A DNA stretch of 47,695 nucleotides from Burkholderiales bacterium. GTDB lineage: Bacteria; Pseudomonadota; Gammaproteobacteria; Burkholderiales; Burkholderiaceae_C. Below the pieces are notes generated by a model. It did not search any database. It saw only the letters and a program-made list of their open reading frames with translations, and was not told the origin of the DNA. Below are positions 38,949 to 47,695 of the stretch, piece after piece. A program made the position numbers and the translations under genes. Every line of letters starts with the position of its first letter. Within the stretch, counting starts at the first letter, position 1. The DNA lies in NCBI GenBank assembly GCA_038249735.1, contig JBBSDB010000001.1:1-47695 (forward strand), given 5' to 3'.

Positions 38949-39494
38949 ATGAAAAACCCCGCCGAACAAATGATCGCCACCAGCCAAGCCAACGTCGAGG
39001 CGCTGGAAGGCGCTGTGAACCAGGCTTACGCCGGCATGGAGAAGCTGGCCGAGCTCAACATGGCCGCCACCAAGGCAGCGATGGGCGAGTCTTTCAGTTA
39101 CCTGCAGGCCGTGATGTCGGCCAAGACACCGCAAGAGCTGATGGCTCTGCAGACTGGCTACATGCAGCCTCTGGGCGCGAAGTCGATGGCCTATTTTCAG
39201 CACGTGCAAAGCATTGCCACCGAAGGCCAGGGCGAATTCACCGCTCAGCTCGAGTCCAAGATCGCTGATGCCCAGAAGGCTTTTGGCGACAGCATTGAGC
39301 AGATGACGAAGAACGCACCCGTTGGCTCTGAAGCCGCCGTGGCCGCTTTCCAGAGCGCCATGAGCAACGGCCAGAAAGCCGTGGAATCGGCCCAGGCCGC
39401 GATCAAGAAAGCCACCGCAACCGCCCAGGCCAACTTCGACAATGTGACCAAGCAAGCCGCTGATGTGGCCAAGAAGGCCGCAAAAGCCGCCTGA
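38949..39494 (+). CDS. phaP: Phasin (PHA granule protein)
   Basis: EKLAELN, AKTPQELMALQ, KNAPVGSEAAVA, Ala/Lys-rich tail; AAGGA RBS. Confidence 0.9.
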   Translation: MKNPAEQMIATSQANVEALEGAVNQAYAGMEKLAELNMAATKAAMGESFSYLQAVMSAKTPQELMALQTGYMQPLGAKSMAYFQHVQSIATEGQGEFTAQLESKIADAQKAFGDSIEQMTKNAPVGSEAAVAAFQSAMSNGQKAVESAQAAIKKATATAQANFDNVTKQAADVAKKAAKAA

Positions 39495-39531
39495 TCGCAG
39501 CAAGGACAGCAGCCTGCGGGCTGCCGCCGCA

Positions 39532-39565
39532 AACAACAAAGGCTCCCTCGGGAGCCTTTGTTGTT
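39532..39565. terminator. Bidirectional terminator between phasin and GlcG-like gene
   Basis: AACAACAAAGGCTCCC-TC-GGGAGCCTTTGTTGTT, long perfect stem between convergent genes. Confidence 0.85.
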
Positions 39566-39578
39566 GCTGGAAACGCGT

Positions 39579-40076
39579 TCAGAAGGCGATGTCGTCGGCA
39601 ATCGCCTGGATGCCCACTTTGGCGCAGGCATCGTCCGCTTCACCACCGGGTGCGCCCGAGACACCGATGGCGCCAAAGATCGATCCGCCGCCTTCGATCA
39701 CCACGCCACCGCCGATGGCCATCATGCGCGGCGCATGGCGAATGCCGCTCATGGACTTGCCGGCCTGGGTTTCGTTGGCCATGTCAAGCGTCGAGGTGCG
39801 AAAGCTCACCGCTGTCCAGGCCTTGTCGGTCGCCACCTGCAGCGTGTGAGCGCCGGCAAAGCGGTCGCGCAGGAACACCTGGGTCAGCCCCGAACGGTCC
39901 ACCACGGCCACCCCGATCTGAAAACCCTGGGCGCGGCAGCTGGCCAACGCCGCCTGGGCCGCCTTGAGTGCGGTCTCGGGGGTCAGCACCTTGATCTGGA
40001 AGGTCGCGGCAGGTGTTTGCGCCAGCGCTGGCCAACTGGCAGCGGTCAAGGCAAGGGTGATCAGGGTTTTGCGCAT
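39579..40076 (-). CDS. Secreted GlcG/HbpS family heme-binding protein
   Basis: Signal peptide MRKTLITLAL..ALA; VAVVDRSG, KAWTAVSF, GAIGVSGAPGGEADDACA. Confidence 0.88.
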   Translation of the reverse strand: MRKTLITLALTAASWPALAQTPAATFQIKVLTPETALKAAQAALASCRAQGFQIGVAVVDRSGLTQVFLRDRFAGAHTLQVATDKAWTAVSFRTSTLDMANETQAGKSMSGIRHAPRMMAIGGGVVIEGGGSIFGAIGVSGAPGGEADDACAKVGIQAIADDIAF

Positions 40077-40312
40077 CGTTGTCGCCTTCGGTGGTGGTAG
40101 TAGCCGGACCCGCCACGGTGGCGAGCGCCTGGCGGTCATGCTACTGACCCCGCGCCATGCCGCACTGACATGGATCAACGTTGCGCAGTGGATCACGGCG
40201 CCTGCCACGCAAAGAGAAAGGCATGGGTGCTTGGGCGCTATGCTAAAAAGCCACGTCGATGGCGGCCTGCCGCTGACCGGTTCGAAGGTCCTGAACTCAA
40301 CACAACCCCAAC

Positions 40313-41158
40313 ATGGCAAGCGATCTGGACACGGTGCGCGTATTGCGCGCTCTTTTTCACGACATGCCTCGTGCGCCCCAGGGCCTCACGCCCGAGGAAA
40401 GCCTGGCCTGGACACGGCGCGCCATGACCGAGTTCGAGGGCGGCGACATGGCCTACACGCTGGAGCATGTCACCCGCAGCGCCATGCTCGATCTGATCCT
40501 GCGGCTGCGCGAAGACGGCTATTTGCAGGAAAACGCCGCGTTCGACAAGATGCTTGAGCAGGTGGCCACCGACGCTGGTCGGCAGACCTTCCGGGACTGG
40601 TGCATCAACGCCCAAAAGAGCGCCGATGCCACCGCCCGCCTGCTCAACCGCGCCCGCCCGGCCTGGAACGAGCCGGGCCCGCTGTTTGTGGCCGATGCGC
40701 AACAGATCGCCCGCTTTGTGGCCGGCCAGGCCACCGGCCCCGGCCCCTTGTATGCCGAATTCTGCGCCCGCGAAGACGTGCGCGAAATCGGCGTGTTCGA
40801 GGAGCCGCCCGAGCTGGTGCACGAGTTTGCCTGGGGGTTTGTTACTGAGGGAGCCGATGGCTGGGCCGTTTATCTGCCCGAAGTGTGGCGGGCTGGCTCG
40901 GTTGGCAGCTTCGAGCGCTTCCTGTCCGCTTGGCAGCTTGAAACCCAGACCCGCAACGACATGGCTCCAGGTGCCACCAGCGTGCCAGCAGGCGTGCACG
41001 CTGAGCCGGGCATCGTGCGTTTTTGCTGCCTCATCCTGCAAGCCGACGATCCTGCGGCCCTGCGCGGCTGGTTCGGCGAGGTGTTTCTGGCCCACATGCT
41101 GCCGACCATGGCGGCGCGGGTGCTGGACCCGAACTACGACTTCCCCAACGCCTGGTGA
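40313..41158 (+). CDS. Hypothetical protein (281 aa)
   Basis: ATG-initiated ORF with GC3-rich codons and natural globular composition; no family recognised. Confidence 0.75.
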   Translation: MASDLDTVRVLRALFHDMPRAPQGLTPEESLAWTRRAMTEFEGGDMAYTLEHVTRSAMLDLILRLREDGYLQENAAFDKMLEQVATDAGRQTFRDWCINAQKSADATARLLNRARPAWNEPGPLFVADAQQIARFVAGQATGPGPLYAEFCAREDVREIGVFEEPPELVHEFAWGFVTEGADGWAVYLPEVWRAGSVGSFERFLSAWQLETQTRNDMAPGATSVPAGVHAEPGIVRFCCLILQADDPAALRGWFGEVFLAHMLPTMAARVLDPNYDFPNAW

Positions 41159-41854
41159 GCCCGGTGTGGCTGAGGCCGCCCACCGATACGCTGACTGAAC
41201 CGTCCTGCCGCCGCCCTTGCACAACCGCAGCTTGTGCCCGGCGCTCGCCTGCTCTCAAAGGCGGTGCTCCCTGGATTGGACTCTTCTTGGTGAATCACCC
41301 ACACGCCAAAGGTGCGCGTCGCATGGAACTGCGCTGAACAAATGTCACGCGCTCGACCGCTTGGCTGTGGCCGTCGAAAACGGTGAAGTTGCGCGGTCGC
41401 AACACCCAGCGCGACAGAGAAACCAAGCAAACCGGCGGCGCTTCACGTCGTGGACAGCCTCTGAGCTCGTGACGGGACGCCGTGATCCCCGTGAGGAATT
41501 GGCACTTTCGGCGTTTCTTTCAGAGCTTGTGCGAACGGAGCTGAAGAAAACCTTAGCCTTAAAGGGTAACTGAATGCATCGGGCCGGCAGCTGAGGTCAG
41601 CGGGTCGTTTCGGTGCGTGTGGGAGGAGCTGGCATCGGGGCCGGCCCGTCCGCGAGACGCCGGTCCAGCTGTGTCCGGTGCGCCAGTCCAAAAGGGTAAC
41701 CATGGTTGAAATTTTTGCCAGAGGCATCGCCTCGGCCTTGTTCTCAAGCCCGCGAGCCACTGCTGCGGGTGCATGGCGTGCTGCGCGCGCGTTTGGTCTG
41801 GCGGCCACGAGCGAAAACCTGAAGAAAAAGAGTGACGGAGACCGCGCGCCCACC

Positions 41855-44800
41855 ATGCACCGCTTGATGCGAATGAAAACGCGGGGATGGCGCAGCCTGG
41901 CGCTGGCAGGTTTGATGCTTGCTGGTCTTGGAGCCACGGGCCTCGCACAGGCGCAAGGGGCCAACGTTGACGTGCAGGTATCGAGCTTTATCGACAGTCC
42001 AGACCCCGCTATCCGGGGTGGGCAGATCACTTACACCACCGTGGTGCAGAACGGGGGGCCAGCAGTTGCTACCAATGTGGTGGTGACTTGGCCGGTTCCG
42101 GCAGATACAACGTTTGTTTCAGTAAGCGATGGCGTTGGGGGTGGCACATGCGTGCACAACGGGGCAAACCCAGGTGTGGTCACCTGTACGTATCTTTCGG
42201 TGGCGGTGAATGCCAGCTCAGCCGACTGGAAGACGATTTCCGTGGTCATTCAGACCACTCCCACCACACCAGCGCTCATCAATACAACGGCAACAGCAAC
42301 ACAGACTGGTAACACCGACACCAGTCCCGGCAACGACGCATTGCTGCAAAACACCACCATCAACAACGGAGCAAATCTCAGTTTCGACATCATTGGCGCG
42401 CCAGATCCATCCATCGGCGCAGGTAACGTGACCTGGAGCATCAACGGCTCAAATCTGGGGCCGGACACGTCTGGGCCCATCACCGTCACGGTGCCCATTC
42501 CAGGCACCTTGACCTACCAGCCTAGCAGCGGCGGCACCGGCTGGTCTTGTAATTTCGTTGCGCCTAACGCTGTGTGTACCCGCGCTGCGTTGGCATCCGG
42601 AGCAACCTACCCCCCCCTGTCCATCGTCACCAGAGTCACAAGTCAAATCGCGGGTGGCACGCTGACGGTGGGTGGCAGCATTGCCCAGACCGGGGTGGCA
42701 GACCCAATTTCAAGCAACAACAGCGATACCGCCAGCGTCACGGTCAACCCCGGATTGGACCTGGGAATCACGCAGGACCCGCCCAGCCCCAGCTCAGCCA
42801 ACGCGGGTGCAGCCATGACGTTTGTGCTGCGGCCCACCAACCTGGGGCCGTACCCCGCCACCACGGGCGCCAATGTGTCCTTTCCGCTGCCGGCAGGATT
42901 TACGTTGACCAGTGCTGTCGGCACCAACGGCTGGACTTGCAGCCAAGCGGGCAACCCGATCATCGTTACCTGCGACTCCAATGGCAGCCTTGCCTCGGGA
43001 GCCGGTGGGGTGCTCACGATCGTGACCGGCGCACCTGCAACGGTGCCAACCAGCACGCCATACACATTGACCGGAACCGTGGCTGTCAACGCTGGTGGGC
43101 CGACAGACCCGATTCCAGGCAACAACACCGCAACACGCAACGTCACTGTTGTCCCAGTGGGGCTGGACCTGTCGTTGACCAAAAACAAGACGCCAACCAT
43201 TGTGGCCAGTGGCGCGAATATCACCTCCACCATCGTGGTGCGCAGCGCCGCAGGCGGGGTGCAGGCAGCCAGCGGCACCATCACGGTCACCGATGTACTG
43301 AACACAACGCAAGAGACCTACGTCTCTTTTACCGGAACGAACTGGGCCTGCGTTGAGGCCCCAGTTGGCACGGTCGCTTGTACTTACAACGCAACGCTGA
43401 ACGGTGGTGCCGATGCATCGACGCTGACGATTACAACTCGGGCAGAGGCAGCAGGTACGGCCACCAACAACGCAACCGCTGGGTATTCGGGCTCACCGGG
43501 CGACTACAACCCGGGCAATAACACCATCGGCGCTTCGGTGACGGTAACAGCGGTGAACAACTCACCTGACCTGATTGCAGGTATCAGCGTGACAACGCCG
43601 ACAGGCAACGCTACAACCCTCGAAGTCAACGAGACCACGGTCACCTATGTGGCGACGCTGACCAATGCGCCCGCGACTGGAGTCGCTGCCTTAAACACCA
43701 GAATGACGCTGACCATCCCGGGCCGTGTGACGGGTTCCACCGCAATCGGTGTCATAGGGATCGCCGTGCCCGGTACTTCCACCGCCACATATGCATGCAC
43801 CCCGGCCGCGGCAGGCATCCTGACCAGCTCGACCATCGTTTGCAACCAAACAGGTGGCACGCTCACCGCTGGCGATGTCGTGACCTTCTCGGTCCCCATC
43901 AGCCGCGGTTTGCTCGATGGCACGTTTACCAACGTCAACGTCGCTGTGACTTCGACCTCGCAGGGTGACCCTGTGCCCGGCAACAACGCTGCCTCGGCAA
44001 CCGTCGTCATTGATCCGATTGCAGACATCGAGCTGGTCAGCAAGAACATCACATCTGCCAACCCGGCCAGAGCCGGTACCAATGTGACCTACGTGGTGAC
44101 CATTCGCAACAACGGGCCCTCTTCTGCCGCAAACGTGCAACTGTCCGATGTGTTCACCATCCCTGTTGGAGACACCGGTTTCACCTTCATTTCTGCCACT
44201 CCCTCCAATGGGACTTGCAGCGGACTAACGCCGAATACCTCCTACGCTGCGGGTCCTCACACAGTGACCTGTGCGTTGGGGATGATTCCCACCACTCAAA
44301 CGCGAACCGTCACCGTCGTTGTGCGCCCGAACTGGATGGCCACTCCCCCAAGCTCTCGACAGTTGGGGAATGTGGCATCGGTCACCACCACCACGGCGGA
44401 AAACTCAGTCGGCACCAACAACGACAACAACAGCCAGGCTGCCACGCTCAACATTGATGCAGCGCAGGTGGATGCGCTGATCAACAACACCGATCTCGTC
44501 GACCCGCTGGGCTACGACCCGGCTGCAGCGGCTATCGGTGCCACGACGATCAACAACGACATCGTCTACAACGTCGCGGTGACCAACAACGGTCCATCCC
44601 TGGCCAGCGGCTTGGGTTTTACTTACACCATCACGCCGCCTGCAGGGAAGACCATTGTGTTCAGGGGCGATGGCCCGGCAAACACAGTGGCCAGCTCAAC
44701 TACCAGCGGCACGATTGCCGGCAGTATTTGCAATAACTTGGGCAACTCGGTCACAGGGGCGTCCACGCTCACGCTGACCTGCACCTTCACAGGGCTGGAA

Positions 44801-47695
44801 GCGCAACTGGCCAATCAAGCCGCCACGCGCCGCTTCCTCGTGTTTCGTGTCGGCAGTTCGCCGGAGACGGGCGGTGACACATACAGCACCAATGCCACCG
44901 TCTTTACCAACGAGACCGACAGCCTTCTCCCCAACAACAGCGAAGCAGAAACCACCACCGTGCGCAGGCGCGTGGACTTGACCATTGCAAAAACGCCGTC
45001 CCTTCCCACGGTGCAGTTGCGCCAGCCGTTTGACTGGACCATCACGCTGACGAACACCGGCCCTGGCGACAGTGATGTAACGACCCTGACGGACACCTTG
45101 CCCGCTGGCATGGCGTTTTTTGGTGCGGTGCCTAGTTTCACCAGGAATGGAGTGTCGGCTGGCAGCTGCGTTGTTGCTGGGCAGGTGCTGACCTGCAACA
45201 TCTCCACGGGCTCAGGTGCGCCGTTCGTTCTGAACGAAGTTGCTACCGTGACGGTGCCCGTGCGCATGACGGCGTACCCGACGGTGCCGAGTTTGGGCAC
45301 AGCCCGAAACTGTGCTTCTGCCACCACCGACCAAGTCGATCCGAACAGCGTGAACAACACCACTGTCTGCAGCAACGTGGCGGTGCAGCGTTCGTCGATT
45401 GCTGGCCGGGTATTCAACGATCCCGACCGCGACGGTATCTATGTTTCCGCAGGTACTGAGCTCGGACTGAATGGGTGGTCATTGGCGCTCAGTGGCATCG
45501 ATATCTACGGCAACCCCGTCAACCTGACGCAAAACACCGCGGGCAGTGGCGTCACCCTGGGCACGTACGTGTTCAACGACCTGAGCCCGGCGGACGCAAC
45601 GGGCTATCTGCTCACGCAGACGCAACTCACCACGCATGTGAACGGGCCCACGGATCCGGCAGCACCTTCGTTGTCAGGCACGCCGGCGCCAGGCGATCAA
45701 GGCGCTTACAGCCGTGGCGCGCTTGCTGGCAACACAACTTACACCGCCATCAGGCTGGCCAGCAATCAGGCGGGAACCAACTACAACTTCCCAGAAGTGC
45801 GCCGACCCAGTCTGTCGGGTCGCCTCTATGTGGACGTCAACAACAACGACGCCTACAACCCCGGCATCGACGCCAATATTCCGGGTGCCACGGTGGTGTT
45901 GCGCAATGCGGCCGACCTGAGCAATTCGGTGGCCACTGCCGTTACGGCAGCCGATGGCACCTACAGTTTTGCCAACCTTGATCCGCTAACTACCTATGTG
46001 CTGGAAGAGCCGCTGCCTGCCAACCCGACAGGGCTCGCCAATCGGCCGACGGCGGTGAACCTGGGAACGGTCAATGCGGTTGTCACCGGTACAGCTGCGC
46101 CCAATGCGCCTGCAGCCAATACCGACCGGATCACTGGTGTTGATTTGTCTTCCGGCATTGACGGCATCAACTACAACTTTGGCGAGAGTCTGATTGCGGG
46201 TATCTCAGGTAGGGTGTTCCTGGACCGTGATCGCAATGGAACGCCAAACGGAACAGAGCCCGGCATCCTTTCGGTCATTGTGGGTTTGTACCCAGCCGGG
46301 ACGGTGTGCACGACGCCAGGTGCGGCGCTTCAAAGCGTCAACACCGACGCGTCTGGTAACTATGTATTTGCAACCGTCACAGCCAACACCAGTTACGTCA
46401 TCTGCCAAACCCAGCCCGCGGGGTATGGGGACCGACCACCTGGGCCAGCGACAGGAAATACCACGACCGCTGCCAATCAAATTAACGTCGTCAATCTCCC
46501 ACCAGCAGGCTCGCCCAACAACAACTTCCCCGAAGTGCTGGGCAGCATCAGCGGCGTGGTATTCGTTGATTTCAGCGGTAACCTTGCCACCAATAACAAT
46601 GGCGTGAGGGACAGCGGCGAGCCCGATCTTGGCAGCGCGACTGCTGGGGCGGGCGTTCCCCTGACATTGACCGGTACGCCAAGCGCAGGCCCGTTGGCGG
46701 GCACGCCAATCAGCCCCGTGACGGTGCACACCGCTGCAGACGGCGGTTACGACTTGGGTGATCTTTTCCCTGGCAGCTACACCATTTCGCAGGGGCCAAT
46801 TCCTGCGGCCTTGGGCGTTTACAACGATGGTATCAACACGGCCGGCACAGTCAGTGGCGGTGGCACTCCGGGCACTGCTGGCGCAGTTGGCGTGAACACC
46901 ATTGGCAACATTGTTTTGAATGCGGGTGCGCAAAGCATCAACAACAACTTTGCCGAGCTGCCCAGCGTCGGGATCAGTGGCTTGATTTATCTCGATGCCA
47001 ACGAGAACAATCTCCTAGACCCAGTTCCTACCGATGGGCGTATTGGTGGCGTCACTCTTTCCCTTTACGCCGGTGCGTCCTGCACCGGCACAGTGCTGGG
47101 TACCACCGTTTCCAATGCAACGGATGGAAGTTATGTGTTCGCCGCCGTCTCGGCCGGTTTGACCTATACGGTGTGTCAAACCCAGCCTTCCGGTTATTTG
47201 GAGGGTGCTGTAAATCCCGGTGTCAATGGAGCGTTGACCGGAGCCGGCGCCACGCTGAACGCCATCACGATAACGAATTTGCCGAATACGGGCTCGGCCA
47301 ACAACAATTTTGGGGAACGCGTAGGTATTGATCTGGCAGTGAGCAAGACGCACACACCCACTGTGTTTGTCACTGGTAACACCGGCACCTACACGCTGCG
47401 CGTGAGGAATATCGGTCTGCAAACCAGCAGTGGCGTCTACACGGTGACAGACAACTTGCCTGCAGGCATGACGGTGGCGCAGCTCGCCACAGGTACTGGT
47501 TGGTCCTGCACAGGCGCCGTCGGTGCGAATGCGGTGAGTTGCACGAGCAGCGATGCCATTGCAGCCGGCACCACCAACCCCAACGCCATAACACTGCAGG
47601 TGAATGTGCCCGCGGCTTTGGCCGCGCTGCCTCAGCCGGTTTTCAACGTGGTGTTTGTGGAAGGCGGTGGCGAGCCTGAACTGAGGAGGCCGACA
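41855..47695 (+). CDS. Giant secreted DUF11 / SdrD-B-like repeat surface protein (adhesin), 3'-truncated by window
   Basis: Manual translation: signal peptide ..GLAQA|QG, about 8 DUF11 repeats, 5 SdrD-B/Cna-B-like repeats, then another DUF11; no in-frame stop to base 47695 (1947 codons); in-frame ATGs also at 41702, 41867, 41873. Confidence 0.92.
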   Translation, partial: MHRLMRMKTRGWRSLALAGLMLAGLGATGLAQAQGANVDVQVSSFIDSPDPAIRGGQITYTTVVQNGGPAVATNVVVTWPVPADTTFVSVSDGVGGGTCVHNGANPGVVTCTYLSVAVNASSADWKTISVVIQTTPTTPALINTTATATQTGNTDTSPGNDALLQNTTINNGANLSFDIIGAPDPSIGAGNVTWSINGSNLGPDTSGPITVTVPIPGTLTYQPSSGGTGWSCNFVAPNAVCTRAALASGATYPPLSIVTRVTSQIAGGTLTVGGSIAQTGVADPISSNNSDTASVTVNPGLDLGITQDPPSPSSANAGAAMTFVLRPTNLGPYPATTGANVSFPLPAGFTLTSAVGTNGWTCSQAGNPIIVTCDSNGSLASGAGGVLTIVTGAPATVPTSTPYTLTGTVAVNAGGPTDPIPGNNTATRNVTVVPVGLDLSLTKNKTPTIVASGANITSTIVVRSAAGGVQAASGTITVTDVLNTTQETYVSFTGTNWACVEAPVGTVACTYNATLNGGADASTLTITTRAEAAGTATNNATAGYSGSPGDYNPGNNTIGASVTVTAVNNSPDLIAGISVTTPTGNATTLEVNETTVTYVATLTNAPATGVAALNTRMTLTIPGRVTGSTAIGVIGIAVPGTSTATYACTPAAAGILTSSTIVCNQTGGTLTAGDVVTFSVPISRGLLDGTFTNVNVAVTSTSQGDPVPGNNAASATVVIDPIADIELVSKNITSANPARAGTNVTYVVTIRNNGPSSAANVQLSDVFTIPVGDTGFTFISATPSNGTCSGLTPNTSYAAGPHTVTCALGMIPTTQTRTVTVVVRPNWMATPPSSRQLGNVASVTTTTAENSVGTNNDNNSQAATLNIDAAQVDALINNTDLVDPLGYDPAAAAIGATTINNDIVYNVAVTNNGPSLASGLGFTYTITPPAGKTIVFRGDGPANTVASSTTSGTIAGSICNNLGNSVTGASTLTLTCTFTGLEAQLANQAATRRFLVFRVGSSPETGGDTYSTNATVFTNETDSLLPNNSEAETTTVRRRVDLTIAKTPSLPTVQLRQPFDWTITLTNTGPGDSDVTTLTDTLPAGMAFFGAVPSFTRNGVSAGSCVVAGQVLTCNISTGSGAPFVLNEVATVTVPVRMTAYPTVPSLGTARNCASATTDQVDPNSVNNTTVCSNVAVQRSSIAGRVFNDPDRDGIYVSAGTELGLNGWSLALSGIDIYGNPVNLTQNTAGSGVTLGTYVFNDLSPADATGYLLTQTQLTTHVNGPTDPAAPSLSGTPAPGDQGAYSRGALAGNTTYTAIRLASNQAGTNYNFPEVRRPSLSGRLYVDVNNNDAYNPGIDANIPGATVVLRNAADLSNSVATAVTAADGTYSFANLDPLTTYVLEEPLPANPTGLANRPTAVNLGTVNAVVTGTAAPNAPAANTDRITGVDLSSGIDGINYNFGESLIAGISGRVFLDRDRNGTPNGTEPGILSVIVGLYPAGTVCTTPGAALQSVNTDASGNYVFATVTANTSYVICQTQPAGYGDRPPGPATGNTTTAANQINVVNLPPAGSPNNNFPEVLGSISGVVFVDFSGNLATNNNGVRDSGEPDLGSATAGAGVPLTLTGTPSAGPLAGTPISPVTVHTAADGGYDLGDLFPGSYTISQGPIPAALGVYNDGINTAGTVSGGGTPGTAGAVGVNTIGNIVLNAGAQSINNNFAELPSVGISGLIYLDANENNLLDPVPTDGRIGGVTLSLYAGASCTGTVLGTTVSNATDGSYVFAAVSAGLTYTVCQTQPSGYLEGAVNPGVNGALTGAGATLNAITITNLPNTGSANNNFGERVGIDLAVSKTHTPTVFVTGNTGTYTLRVRNIGLQTSSGVYTVTDNLPAGMTVAQLATGTGWSCTGAVGANAVSCTSSDAIAAGTTNPNAITLQVNVPAALAALPQPVFNVVFVEGGGEPELRRPT

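Noticed and set aside
41217-41573. 118-aa ORF upstream of the adhesin
   Set aside because: Weak start, no RBS, no recognisable motif; not called, though not excluded
41330-41700. Possible c-di-GMP riboswitch upstream of the adhesin
   Set aside because: Could not find the GEMM core (GGCAAAC..GAAA..GACGCAAAG) in the correct arrangement; an Rfam scan would settle it
41855-47695. Adhesin repeats as recent DNA duplications or diversity-generating retroelement targets
   Set aside because: Repeats are highly divergent at DNA level; no TR/VR pair or reverse transcriptase in the window

Overview
GC-rich betaproteobacterial chromosome segment; gene content and order suggest Comamonadaceae (Hydrogenophaga/Acidovorax-like), which is an inference. 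In order: 3' part of metH; a double zinc-ribbon membrane protein; comM/yifB; sigma54/NtrC-driven glnK-amtB; glcEF followed directly by cidA/lrgA-lrgB; glutathione peroxidase; a tandem pseudo-receiver protein; lplT and alr; two families of long palindromic intergenic elements (one with a strand-asymmetric G/T-rich halo); a CsoR/RcnR-family-controlled MFP-RND-DUF2892-TDT operon with a visible operator; a HAD-UbiA/small flippase/GT-C glycosylation cassette; an Lrp regulator plus a sigma54/IHF/NtrC-type promoter driving TakP-like TRAP, a frameshifted TauE and an HpxW-like amidohydrolase; BASS, fadD and an NhaR-like-regulated exoD/terB/yccA/hpf cluster; a phasin with putative PhaR boxes; a GlcG/HbpS protein; an orphan ORF; and a giant (at least 1947 aa) DUF11/SdrD-B surface protein that runs off the window end and is absent from the supplied ORF track. 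No rRNA, tRNA, CRISPR array, transposase or integrase was seen. All family calls come from motif recognition by eye, not database searches.
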